DNA of 64,000 nucleotides from Bacteroidota bacterium (lineage in GTDB: Bacteria > Bacteroidota > Rhodothermia > Rhodothermales > UBA10348): NCBI GenBank assembly GCA_022567305.1, contig JADFHF010000015.1:1-64000 (forward strand). The letters are read 5' to 3'. Positions 39,047 to 47,502 of the stretch are shown here, in pieces; the first letter of the stretch is position 1; each line of letters begins with the position of its first letter. A model generated the notes under the pieces. The model was not told the origin of the DNA and searched no databases. It saw only the letters and a list, made by a program, of their open reading frames with translations. The position numbers were made by a program, and so were the translations under genes.

Positions 39047-41227
39047 CTAGAGCGCGTTCAGGATCTGGAGTGCCAGTTTGTTGGAAGGGGCGAATTCGAG
39101 TACCGCCTCCGCTTCTTCTCGGGCGCGAATGAACTGGTCATTTCTGAAATAGGCCAGCGCTAGATTTACCCGTGCCTCCACATATTCTGGAGCAATCTCA
39201 GTGGCTTGGCTGAGGAGCGGGATGGCCAAAGCAAGACTGTCGGCCTGAAGGTAGTGAGCGCCGAGATTTGCGAGAGCAAGCGGGTGGCCAGGTGATACGC
39301 CGACCGCTGTTTTAAATGCCTCGAGCGCATCTCCCAGTCGTTCATTGGTGGCGAATAGAATACCCAGATTTACCCACGCGTCTGGATTCAAGGGGTCGAG
39401 ATCGAGCGCATCTCCCAGCACCTTCTCGGCCGCGTCCGAATCGCCAAGCTGAACCAGCGCCGTCCCCAGATTATAATGGGCTGTCGCAAACCAGGGCTGT
39501 TCGACCAGAGCCATTCGATACTCTCCAACAGCTTCGACGAGACGTCCTCTCGACTCCAGGAATCGACCGTAGTTGATCCGATAATCAGCTCGCGCCGGTT
39601 GAACGGCCAGGGCCCGCTGGTACAGACGTTCAATACGAACCGGATCTCTGGCGCCCGTTTCGTATGCCTGCGCTAACGCATTCAGGCGTTCAGGGATATC
39701 GGATTCTACGATTACGGCTTGTTCAAGCCATGGAATTGCGCTTTCCACGTCTCCGACTCGATGATATCCCAGGCCCAGTTGAAATACGGCCTCGTCGTAA
39801 TCAGACTCGAGGGTCAGCGTTTCTTCGAGCATACCGATGCCCATTCTCATGTAGACATCGTTTAGGTTGCGGGTGCCGTAAACGAGGTATGCCAGTCCTT
39901 CGTAAATCTGATCGTCCAAATCTTGAGCGAATACGGGCAACAGTTTCGGCGGATCACCAATGGAATTTAATTGGACGGGTTCGTCTGGATCAACCACCCG
40001 TATCCAGTGATCCGTGAAATCGGAATGTGCCACTTTAGAGATGCCTGCCTTTGGCATGTGGCACGAAATGCAGTTGGATGATTCCTGATGGTCCGGGAGA
40101 GACGTCGAACCGGCCAGGCGTTCAATCAAGTTTGCTGATTCATGACAGGTGCGACAGGTGCCGTTGAAGTATTCCGGCCCGGCCTGTCGGAATCCAGAAT
40201 GGGGATCGTGACAGGTCACACAGTCCATTGGGTTGCCTAAAGCCAGTGAAGACCGAAAACACTCGCTGGCTTTCATTCTCCCTACATGAGATGTAAGGCC
40301 GATCATTTCGTTGGACGCCGGCTTCTCCATGGCGTAGAGCGACAAGTACTTGGAGAGGTCCTGGGACGGGCGGAAATCATACGGTGTTCTTCCCTCCCTG
40401 AGAATTGAGACCGTCGCATTCAAATGGCACTGCTGGCATACATCCAGCCTCCGCTCGAGGGTCAAGTGCGCCGGGTTAACGATGGAATAATCGACCGAGT
40501 CTGCTTCGGGAAGCGCAAGACGCTCTTCCACGTGAAGCTCACCGGGTCCGTGGCAACGCTCGCAGCTTATACCAAGCGGAAGGTGCTCGTATTTACCTTC
40601 CGTGAACGGAACCTCGGTCGGGTAGGCATTGTGGCAGTTCATGCATCGAGGGACAATTTTTCGATCAAATCGCTTGTTTGCCACCCGGTATCCGGGACTG
40701 AAATCCCACTTCCCCTCCTGGGTATACCAGGAAATCGGAAGCTCGTTGAACCAACCATTGTTCAAGATGAAATAGGAGCGGGCTGAAATGCCGCTTCCTA
40801 TCACATATTGCATCTCGCGGACCTGGCTGTGCGTTTTCTGCCCGTTCTCATCGATCCGAAACTCTTCCTGATAGAATTTGCCGTCCTCTTCAGAGATGGT
40901 ATAGGAATAGCCAAGGGTTGTATCGTGGACGACGGAACCGTCCAGCTTTTCGATTCGGGTGTCGGCGTTCAGGAGATAAAGAGAGTTGGCCATTCCGTGC
41001 TCCTTATAGCCACGGTACTCGGACTCGTGACAATCGAAACAGGCATCATCCCCTACAAATGAAACGCCGTCTACTAGATTTCGGTATGGCGAACGGGGTT
41101 CTTCAGTTGCAGATGTCGTCGCAGCTGGATCTGAACCCGGAGTGCATCCTGATATTAAACCGACACACGACACGACCAGAAATGAAGAAAATAACACCGT
41201 TTGGGCTAATTTCTCCCTCATTGTCAC
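39047..41227 (-). CDS. Heptaheme c-type cytochrome lipoprotein with C-terminal TPR repeats
   Basis: 726 aa with lipobox VVSCVG. Seven CxxCH motifs are present (CFDCH, CMNCH, CERCH, CQQCH, CVTCH, CRTCH, CISCH). The C-terminal 250 aa are TPR-like. Confidence 0.7.
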   Translation of the reverse strand: MTMREKLAQTVLFSSFLVVSCVGLISGCTPGSDPAATTSATEEPRSPYRNLVDGVSFVGDDACFDCHESEYRGYKEHGMANSLYLLNADTRIEKLDGSVVHDTTLGYSYTISEEDGKFYQEEFRIDENGQKTHSQVREMQYVIGSGISARSYFILNNGWFNELPISWYTQEGKWDFSPGYRVANKRFDRKIVPRCMNCHNAYPTEVPFTEGKYEHLPLGISCERCHGPGELHVEERLALPEADSVDYSIVNPAHLTLERRLDVCQQCHLNATVSILREGRTPYDFRPSQDLSKYLSLYAMEKPASNEMIGLTSHVGRMKASECFRSSLALGNPMDCVTCHDPHSGFRQAGPEYFNGTCRTCHESANLIERLAGSTSLPDHQESSNCISCHMPKAGISKVAHSDFTDHWIRVVDPDEPVQLNSIGDPPKLLPVFAQDLDDQIYEGLAYLVYGTRNLNDVYMRMGIGMLEETLTLESDYDEAVFQLGLGYHRVGDVESAIPWLEQAVIVESDIPERLNALAQAYETGARDPVRIERLYQRALAVQPARADYRINYGRFLESRGRLVEAVGEYRMALVEQPWFATAHYNLGTALVQLGDSDAAEKVLGDALDLDPLNPDAWVNLGILFATNERLGDALEAFKTAVGVSPGHPLALANLGAHYLQADSLALAIPLLSQATEIAPEYVEARVNLALAYFRNDQFIRAREEAEAVLEFAPSNKLALQILNAL

Positions 41228-41230
41228 AGA

Positions 41231-41755
41231 GTGGCAGATATTGAGATTCTGTTCGATCTTGGTGAGAGGTTTTTTCGTCGATTTCCTATGTCTGAAACTC
41301 CGTTCCCAGAAGATTCATCGGTTCGATCGAGGGTGCTCGATACGCTCGTACTCATACACCGCTCCGAGCATTTGGTCTCTATTCGACCGGATATGCCGCC
41401 GCAAAATATCGCCTTTGCGTTGTGCAGGCTATGGTTTGACCACATATTTACGCCGAGTATGCGATATCTGGATGGTTGGAAGGGTGACTCCGACCCGGTG
41501 GCCACGGCCGAATTTATAGCTGCGTTCACGGAAGAGGAATATGGATGGCTCGAACGTTTTCATCGATTTCTGGAACTGCGTATCGACCGACTGTCCAAAA
41601 CGCAGATGAAGGAGGGTGTTTTCCCCATCAACGACACTTGGAAGGGCATAACACGCGATGCGGGGAATCTGCTGGATCTCTTGGATCAGGACGGAAGTCG
41701 AAAAACCGACCGGTTGGAGACCGTCATGCGCGCTCTTGTGCCGCCTGGTGAATAG
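41231..41755 (+). CDS. Hypothetical protein
   Basis: 174 aa, the only plus-strand gene inside the large minus-strand array. The true start may be the internal MSETPF. Confidence 0.3.
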   Translation: MADIEILFDLGERFFRRFPMSETPFPEDSSVRSRVLDTLVLIHRSEHLVSIRPDMPPQNIAFALCRLWFDHIFTPSMRYLDGWKGDSDPVATAEFIAAFTEEEYGWLERFHRFLELRIDRLSKTQMKEGVFPINDTWKGITRDAGNLLDLLDQDGSRKTDRLETVMRALVPPGE

Positions 41756-41784
41756 ACGTCAGGCTCCGATCACCCCCAGTCGTT

Positions 41785-42354
41785 CTAGAAACCGAACTTT
41801 TCTCGAACGATTTTCAACATGTCTTCGTCGACTATCGTAGCATCGTTCGCTTTTGCATAGTCTTCGATGCCTCGTTCAACCATCGGCCGAATGAAAGAAG
41901 GAATGCGGTCCATTCGCTCTTCAGCTTCTGGCGTCCAATGCAGGCCTTGAAGGCTCCCGTTGGATTCGGTCGACCCCTCAGGGTCTGTGGAATCTGCGAA
42001 ATCTGTGGCATCTTCGGGGCCGGCAACCATGGCCGAGAACGGACAGCCGCCCGATGAATTTTCCTTTGCGGATAAGGCGGTGGATGACTTGGTGGATGAT
42101 TCGATGTCAGCATGGGCTCCCTGATGACCGATCAGCGAAGAGCTTATCGTTTCCATCGGCGGGGCCTCTTCCGTCGCACCGCCAATTTTCACGCCCAGCG
42201 AGTGCACCATCTGGGTTTCCATGGAATTTGTGAGCATCGCGATCTCGCGGCCACAAGTTCCACATCCAAACACGACCGTTAACGATCCATTGTCGGGTCC
42301 AGAGGTACTCTTTAAAGCCATCGGCTCGTCGCAGTCCACACAAAGAAATTTCAT
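41785..42354 (-). CDS. Zn-ribbon (CxxC...CxxC) + PCP_red-like (BchB C-terminal-like) domain protein
   Basis: 189 aa. N-terminal CVDCDEPM...CGTCGREI. The C-terminal LHWTPEAEERMDRIPSFIRPMVERGIEDYAKANDATIVDEDML closely matches the ChlB/BchB C-terminal consensus WTxEAE...IPFFVRGK...IT.E.L. Confidence 0.5.
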   Translation of the reverse strand: MKFLCVDCDEPMALKSTSGPDNGSLTVVFGCGTCGREIAMLTNSMETQMVHSLGVKIGGATEEAPPMETISSSLIGHQGAHADIESSTKSSTALSAKENSSGGCPFSAMVAGPEDATDFADSTDPEGSTESNGSLQGLHWTPEAEERMDRIPSFIRPMVERGIEDYAKANDATIVDEDMLKIVREKFGF

Positions 42355-43343
42355 GTTGCTTCCTTTACTGTTACTTCCTTCACAGGTCCGTTCTCCACAG
42401 TTGCAGTCTCTATAGTCGCCTTCTCTACGTTCGCGACCCCCACAACGGTCGCTGTTCGTTTAGATTTTCCCAGAAGATTGCATAATTCTAGAGCGGTGGC
42501 TCGAAGAGCACCTGCAGCAGGTCGATCCGGGTACATGGTCAAATACGGATTTCCACTGTCGGTTTCCTCGCCGAGTCTGGGGTCGAATGGTATTCTTCCA
42601 AGTAGCTGCACACCGTCCTCGCTCAGCAATTCGTTTGAACCGGGATCCTGAAACAGGTGATGAACGGTGTCACACGCGTCACAGACAAATTCCGTCATGT
42701 TCTCCACCAGCCCGATGGGTCGGTCGTCCACGTGACGCCGCGCAAGCAAAATCGATTTTCGGACCACATAGGTTGAAGCTCTCGAAGGCACACTGACGAC
42801 GACTGCACATGACAGTGTAGGAACCAGGTCCAGCAGATTGGGAAGTCGGTCTGTTCCGGGGGGCAAGTCTACGAGGAGAATGTCCAGACCATCCCAGACG
42901 GTATCCGCTAGCATTTCTCTTATGGCAGCTACTTCAACCATACCGCGCCACGTGAATGCGCTGCGCTGCGTTTCCGCTTCCCATTCTACCGGAATACCCT
43001 CCTTCAGAAACAAGTCGATCGACATGACCTGGACTCCACCATGCGATACGGAAGGAGCAATTCCATCGTCGGTCCGCTCAGGGTTTCGGGCAACGCCGGT
43101 CATTTTTACGACTGACGCTCCATTGATATCCGCATCAACGATGCCTACTCGCCAACCGGTCTCGGTAAGTGCGGTCGCCAGGTTCACCGTCAACAAACTT
43201 TTCCCAACGCCACCTTTTCCACTCATCACCGCGACCACATAGTCAATCTGATCCAGACGGTGGCGCAGTTTCCGTTCCTGTTCCTGGACCTGCCCCGCGA
43301 CGTTGGAGCCACCGTCAGTAAGAATGTCGTGATAGGTCTTCAA
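42351..43343 (-). CDS. apbC: Mrp/NBP35-family ATPase (Fe-S cluster carrier, ApbC-like)
   Basis: 330 aa with deviant Walker A VMSGKGGVGKS and a C-terminal Cys pair CDACD. Confidence 0.75.
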   Translation of the reverse strand: MKTYHDILTDGGSNVAGQVQEQERKLRHRLDQIDYVVAVMSGKGGVGKSLLTVNLATALTETGWRVGIVDADINGASVVKMTGVARNPERTDDGIAPSVSHGGVQVMSIDLFLKEGIPVEWEAETQRSAFTWRGMVEVAAIREMLADTVWDGLDILLVDLPPGTDRLPNLLDLVPTLSCAVVVSVPSRASTYVVRKSILLARRHVDDRPIGLVENMTEFVCDACDTVHHLFQDPGSNELLSEDGVQLLGRIPFDPRLGEETDSGNPYLTMYPDRPAAGALRATALELCNLLGKSKRTATVVGVANVEKATIETATVENGPVKEVTVKEAT

Positions 43344-43361
43344 CGATTTGCTGGTACCGTA

Positions 43362-45305
43362 CTACTCTTGTTTCCCGTTCTTCTTGCCGTTCTGCTTTTT
43401 GATCATGTCCTCCATCACTTTCATGCCCACCTTGATGCCTTCCTCTACGATTTCGAGATCGATCAAATCTGACTTCCTGGATGCGGCACCCGTTTCAATT
43501 CTCTTTTTGGTAGCGGTTCGCATAAATCCCTCCGGGACTCGATTGAGCCGCTCGACTGCGGCCGGCGTCCAGGAATACTTACCGTCTCGAATGTTCTGCG
43601 CTCGGCTCTTTACGTCGGGCTGTGGTCCATCGACGGCGCGCTGACCCAGTTTCCCTCGATCTTCGAGGTTTTCTGTAGCGGCTTCCGTTTTTCCAACCAC
43701 ATCTTCAACCATGTCTTTCGTAATCAGGAATATTTTCCGGACGCGAGCGCGCTTTTCAATCTGTGCCTTTGCTCGACGCCGCTTATATCCGTCCGAAAGA
43801 GTTTTTACCAGCATCCGAGCATCGTCCGTCCATTTGATCTTGACGTTGTCGAAGGCCTTTTCTTCGTGAATGGCGCCTTCCAGCGGCGCGAGTTTCTCAA
43901 TCGCGTCCCGGTCCAACTTCTGGATCTGATCCGGCGGGGCATTACAAACCGTGCATTTAGTGGGCTCGAAGCCGCGCCCAACCCAGCCGCACTTCTGACA
44001 GACATAGACCGACGTGTTCTCCTCTCCGATTTTTTTGGTGGCAAGGTCTTCCGAAATGATACCCATAGCCTTCATCGACGACTTGGGAAGAATGGTCGAA
44101 AGAGCGCCTTCCAAAACAGATGTGGTGATGACGGAGTGTCCACGCTCCATCGCCCATCGATGCACAATGGTGCGGGCAATTCCTTTCGCGAAATCAGGGG
44201 CCTTGTCGAGTATCCGCTGCGCCTCTTCTACCCAGATCATAGATTCCTCAGCCTTGACGTCCACGTCCGGTGAAAATCTCTTGCTCGATAGAAGGACATT
44301 GCAGGGGACCAGGCGAAGCAAATTTTCTGTGTTACTTCCGACGTCCATCGATTCATCGCTATGAACACCGATCCGGCCCATCACGAGCATCCAGGGCCGC
44401 TCGCGCCGGACGTATTCCAGAATTTTCTCAAACGCCTTGCCGTCCAAGAGTGTGATCTTGAGATCGACATCCTCGTCTGCAGCGATACGCCGGGATACTT
44501 CCAGGTGCGACTGGTAGATTTTGGCGAGGCCCGTATCGATGACGTCCTCGTGGAGCTGCTCTTGCTCTTCGAACTTGAATACCTTGGACGCCTTTTCCGT
44601 GAGAACACCCACCAGGCTGTTGAACATCGCGTAATGGAGGTACGGATCGTAAACCGAAATTGCCTCTACCGGTTTATCGAGCGCCTTACCGAGCTTGATG
44701 GCGGATTTCAGTCCTGCGTAGGCTTCCGGGCTTCCGTCGATAGCAACGACAATCCCACCGCCGTCCTTATGCTGAACACCGTTTGAACCGGTCGACAACT
44801 GATCTTCAATCGGCGCCGTATTTTTGATAACGATCGTGTCGGTGCGCGTTCGTCGGACCACCCGCTCGCACACGCTCCCGATCTGGCTATCGCGTACAGC
44901 CCCGAGACCCAGAGCGCCCATGATGACCAGGTCGTAATCGTTACTGTTTATGTCGTCTGCGATGACCTCAAAATTCTTTCCGTCGTACAACTTCGGTTCA
45001 AACTGGAGATTGGCTTCGACCGCCTGCTTATGCATGACCGTCAAGTAAGAATCAGAAATCAGCTCTAGACCCATCGTAATGAGTGAATCATGGATCTTGC
45101 GCTGCTTCTCCATCTCCGCTTCGACCAGGTATTCCTCGGGGAGAGTGAATTCCATCTGCTTGAATCGGTAGTCGTGAAGCCGGGCAGCATAGGCGTGGCT
45201 CCCCACGAGGGTCGCGCCAAACTGGCCCGCTAGATGAACGGCAAGTTCAATGGAGGCTCTGGAGTGGTCAGAATTGTCAACGGGGACAAATATTTTCTCG
45301 TACAT
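43362..45305 (-). CDS. Multidomain protein: two universal-stress-protein (UspA) domains + PCP_red-like domain + rubredoxin-like Zn ribbon + two further PCP_red-like domains
   Basis: 647 aa. The USP-like halves contain IFVPVDNSDHSRASIELAV...VIMGALG and GIVVAIDGSPEA...LVMGRIG. The PCP_red-like segments are WVEEAQRILDKAPDFAKGIARTIVHRWAMERGHSVITTSV, KIKWTDDARMLVKTLSDGYKRRRAKAQIEKRARVRKIFLITKDMVED and KYSWTPAAVERLNRVPEGFMRTATKKRIE. The Zn ribbon is CQKCGW...CTVC. Confidence 0.55.
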   Translation of the reverse strand: MYEKIFVPVDNSDHSRASIELAVHLAGQFGATLVGSHAYAARLHDYRFKQMEFTLPEEYLVEAEMEKQRKIHDSLITMGLELISDSYLTVMHKQAVEANLQFEPKLYDGKNFEVIADDINSNDYDLVIMGALGLGAVRDSQIGSVCERVVRRTRTDTIVIKNTAPIEDQLSTGSNGVQHKDGGGIVVAIDGSPEAYAGLKSAIKLGKALDKPVEAISVYDPYLHYAMFNSLVGVLTEKASKVFKFEEQEQLHEDVIDTGLAKIYQSHLEVSRRIAADEDVDLKITLLDGKAFEKILEYVRRERPWMLVMGRIGVHSDESMDVGSNTENLLRLVPCNVLLSSKRFSPDVDVKAEESMIWVEEAQRILDKAPDFAKGIARTIVHRWAMERGHSVITTSVLEGALSTILPKSSMKAMGIISEDLATKKIGEENTSVYVCQKCGWVGRGFEPTKCTVCNAPPDQIQKLDRDAIEKLAPLEGAIHEEKAFDNVKIKWTDDARMLVKTLSDGYKRRRAKAQIEKRARVRKIFLITKDMVEDVVGKTEAATENLEDRGKLGQRAVDGPQPDVKSRAQNIRDGKYSWTPAAVERLNRVPEGFMRTATKKRIETGAASRKSDLIDLEIVEEGIKVGMKVMEDMIKKQNGKKNGKQE

Positions 45306-45341
45306 AGTGGAATTTTAAGGTGGAATGTCTCTGTTCGGCTG

Positions 45342-45719
45342 TCACCGTAGCCGCTTCATCTGGGCAAGAATATAACCGAGGCGGTCGGCAACATATACCA
45401 TGGTGTCCCGGGTTGTTTCCGTAGTCTCTGAATCGGGAAATGACAGACAAACAATGGCCGCATCCAGGTGCTCGAAGCTCCGCGCATCCACGTCTCGATT
45501 CAGCTCGTCATGAAATAACGACAGGTGGTGACGCACGGTCACGAGCGTTGTATGGATATCGGATCCGGGTTCGATGTCATGAAGCATGTCGCCCAAACGT
45601 GAGATTTCAAGCTGTACGATGGCCGGTCCCATTTGAACAAATTCGTCGCGCTCGATAAAGTGAATCTCGTTCAGTCTTTCGTATCGCCTGGACCTGGTAT
45701 GCTGCACGGGTGATGTCAT
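45342..45719 (-). CDS. Hypothetical protein (His/Glu-rich, possibly hemerythrin-like; weak)
   Basis: 125-aa ORF 1 nt downstream of the 198-aa ORF. HHLSLFHDELNRD and HDIEPGSDIH are faintly reminiscent of HHE cation-binding motifs. Confidence 0.3.
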   Translation of the reverse strand: MTSPVQHTRSRRYERLNEIHFIERDEFVQMGPAIVQLEISRLGDMLHDIEPGSDIHTTLVTVRHHLSLFHDELNRDVDARSFEHLDAAIVCLSFPDSETTETTRDTMVYVADRLGYILAQMKRLR

Positions 45720-45720
45720 G

Positions 45721-46317
45721 TCAACTCACCGCTATACCGACTGCGACGTGTGACTGTCGATTCTCCCACATCTGCCAGAGGCTGCCCATACGGCGTCTGA
45801 ACTCGGCTGGATCCTGCTGGATGGTGTCGAACGAGAACTCAGGAAGCAAGAGCTCCAACCGTTCGATCATTTCGTCTTCTAGAATCCACCCATGCTCTAA
45901 ATAGTCCAGTACAACCTTATAGTCGAGTTCCCCGCCGCGTGCCACGCAACGATAGCTAACCGAATACGGGTCGAAGTGAAGCACGACGAGTGGGAGATCG
46001 AATGGCCAATGGGCATCGGCCACGGCTCGATGTCTCGCCGCATAACCATCGGGCAAAGGAATCACTTCTCCTGGAAATTCATCCGAAACTTTAATACCCA
46101 TTTGACCCGCCACCTGGACCACCGCCCGATTGAAGGGATTTCGATCCACTAAATCCACGGATGAGCAGAATTCAAGTCGATCCGTAAACCTGCGCAAACC
46201 CTCCACGACGAGCGAGGTCTCCCCCACCAGATAGATCGTTCCAGATCCTGAAAAGACGGCACCAATCTCGCGAAAGAAACGAACGATCATCGCTTGATTG
46301 ATCAGTTGAATCGCCAT
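45721..46317 (-). CDS. Hypothetical protein
   Basis: 198-aa ORF 4 nt downstream of the ferredoxin gene. No confident family was recognised. Confidence 0.3.
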   Translation of the reverse strand: MAIQLINQAMIVRFFREIGAVFSGSGTIYLVGETSLVVEGLRRFTDRLEFCSSVDLVDRNPFNRAVVQVAGQMGIKVSDEFPGEVIPLPDGYAARHRAVADAHWPFDLPLVVLHFDPYSVSYRCVARGGELDYKVVLDYLEHGWILEDEMIERLELLLPEFSFDTIQQDPAEFRRRMGSLWQMWENRQSHVAVGIAVS

Positions 46318-46321
46318 GGCT

Positions 46322-46615
46322 TTATTCGAGTGACTTGTTCACTAGTTCGTTCTCGATGTCTTCCGGTGCAGCGTCTTCCGGTACATGGTCGTTCAATACA
46401 TGGTCGTTCAGTACATCGTCGCTCGGTACATCGTCGTTCGGTACATCGTCCTCATGCACGATCGCGTCTTCGGGACACACGGCGACGCATTCCTGAAACT
46501 CGCAACAGGTATCATCGATGACATAGATGGGATCTCCCACGCTGATGGCTTCGATCGGACATTCGTCCAGACAGAGTCCGCACGTATTACAGGTATCGAG
46601 GATGACGTAGGCCAT
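46322..46615 (-). CDS. 2x[4Fe-4S] ferredoxin with C-terminal acidic pentapeptide-repeat tail
   Basis: 97 aa with CNTCGLCLDECP and CCEFQECVAVCP. The tail DDVPNDDVPSDDVLNDHVLNDHVPED is encoded by a 15-bp tandem DNA repeat. Confidence 0.7.
   Translation of the reverse strand: MAYVILDTCNTCGLCLDECPIEAISVGDPIYVIDDTCCEFQECVAVCPEDAIVHEDDVPNDDVPSDDVLNDHVLNDHVPEDAAPEDIENELVNKSLE
46378..46455. repeat. 15-bp tandem repeat x about 5 (catggtcgttcaata-like units) inside the ferredoxin gene
   Basis: Units catggtcgttcaata / catggtcgttcagta / catcgtcgctcggta / catcgtcgttcggta / catcgtcctcatgca are visible directly. They stay in frame, encoding a 5-aa period. Confidence 0.6.
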
Positions 46616-46655
46616 AGTTCGAAACGCACAAAAAGTGCAGAAAGTGCGACGTCAG

Positions 46656-47462
46656 CTAGGCTTTGTGGTCGATCTGCCCCTTCCCCTCGTTAACGGTGTT
46701 GTCACTCCGCTTTCCCGGATACCGTCTTATCGGTGTTTTATTCTTGAAACCGTTTACCCAGAAGCAATACGCATACGGGTACATGGTCTGGACGACATGA
46801 AACGGTTCGTACTCAAATAGTCTACGCATGGCCCACGCAAATCGATATCTGAGATCTTCTGGAGTTATGATCTCCACGATACAATCCACTTGGTAACTAA
46901 AAAACACGGGCGAGTTGCCTGTCCAGAGAACCGATGCCATCGGATTTTCCTTCAGGTTATTGAAGGTCGTACCCTCAAAAATTTCCAGGAGCGCCAGGCG
47001 TCGCCAGTCAAGGTGATCCGGGTTCGAATAGATTTCTCTCGCCGTATTGACGCGTAACGACCGAGTTTCGTGAACGGCGTGGGGAGGCAGTTTTTCTATT
47101 TCCGAGACCGCGCTCTCAACCAGGTTCAGGTAGTGTTCCAGGTATTCATTGCGAGGCGTAAATCCAATTCCCTTGTTGGCGAGATTGAGGAAGTGTCCGT
47201 CAGCGGACCATGTTCCGACAACCGGCAGGTGGCCGACGTTAAATGCGATATACTCATTTTTTTCGATGGAATCGTATATACTGTGCTTCATATCCAGTTG
47301 CCAGCGAACGAATTCATCGGGGAGCTCCTGGATCTGAAAATCCTGCGATACACCATCCGTATGGACGCTTACCGTGTTTCCATCAATGGTCACGCGATCC
47401 AATAATTCTTGACCGTTGGTGGTTGAAACGTCTGCTGCGACTACGTCGATTGATTCTGCCAT
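46656..47462 (-). CDS. Hypothetical protein
   Basis: 268-aa ORF between the radical SAM and ferredoxin genes. No family was recognised. Confidence 0.35.
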   Translation of the reverse strand: MAESIDVVAADVSTTNGQELLDRVTIDGNTVSVHTDGVSQDFQIQELPDEFVRWQLDMKHSIYDSIEKNEYIAFNVGHLPVVGTWSADGHFLNLANKGIGFTPRNEYLEHYLNLVESAVSEIEKLPPHAVHETRSLRVNTAREIYSNPDHLDWRRLALLEIFEGTTFNNLKENPMASVLWTGNSPVFFSYQVDCIVEIITPEDLRYRFAWAMRRLFEYEPFHVVQTMYPYAYCFWVNGFKNKTPIRRYPGKRSDNTVNEGKGQIDHKA

Positions 47463-47502
47463 GGTTGTTTTTCTGCTTCGGAAACTGAATGATTCTGCGA
47501 AA

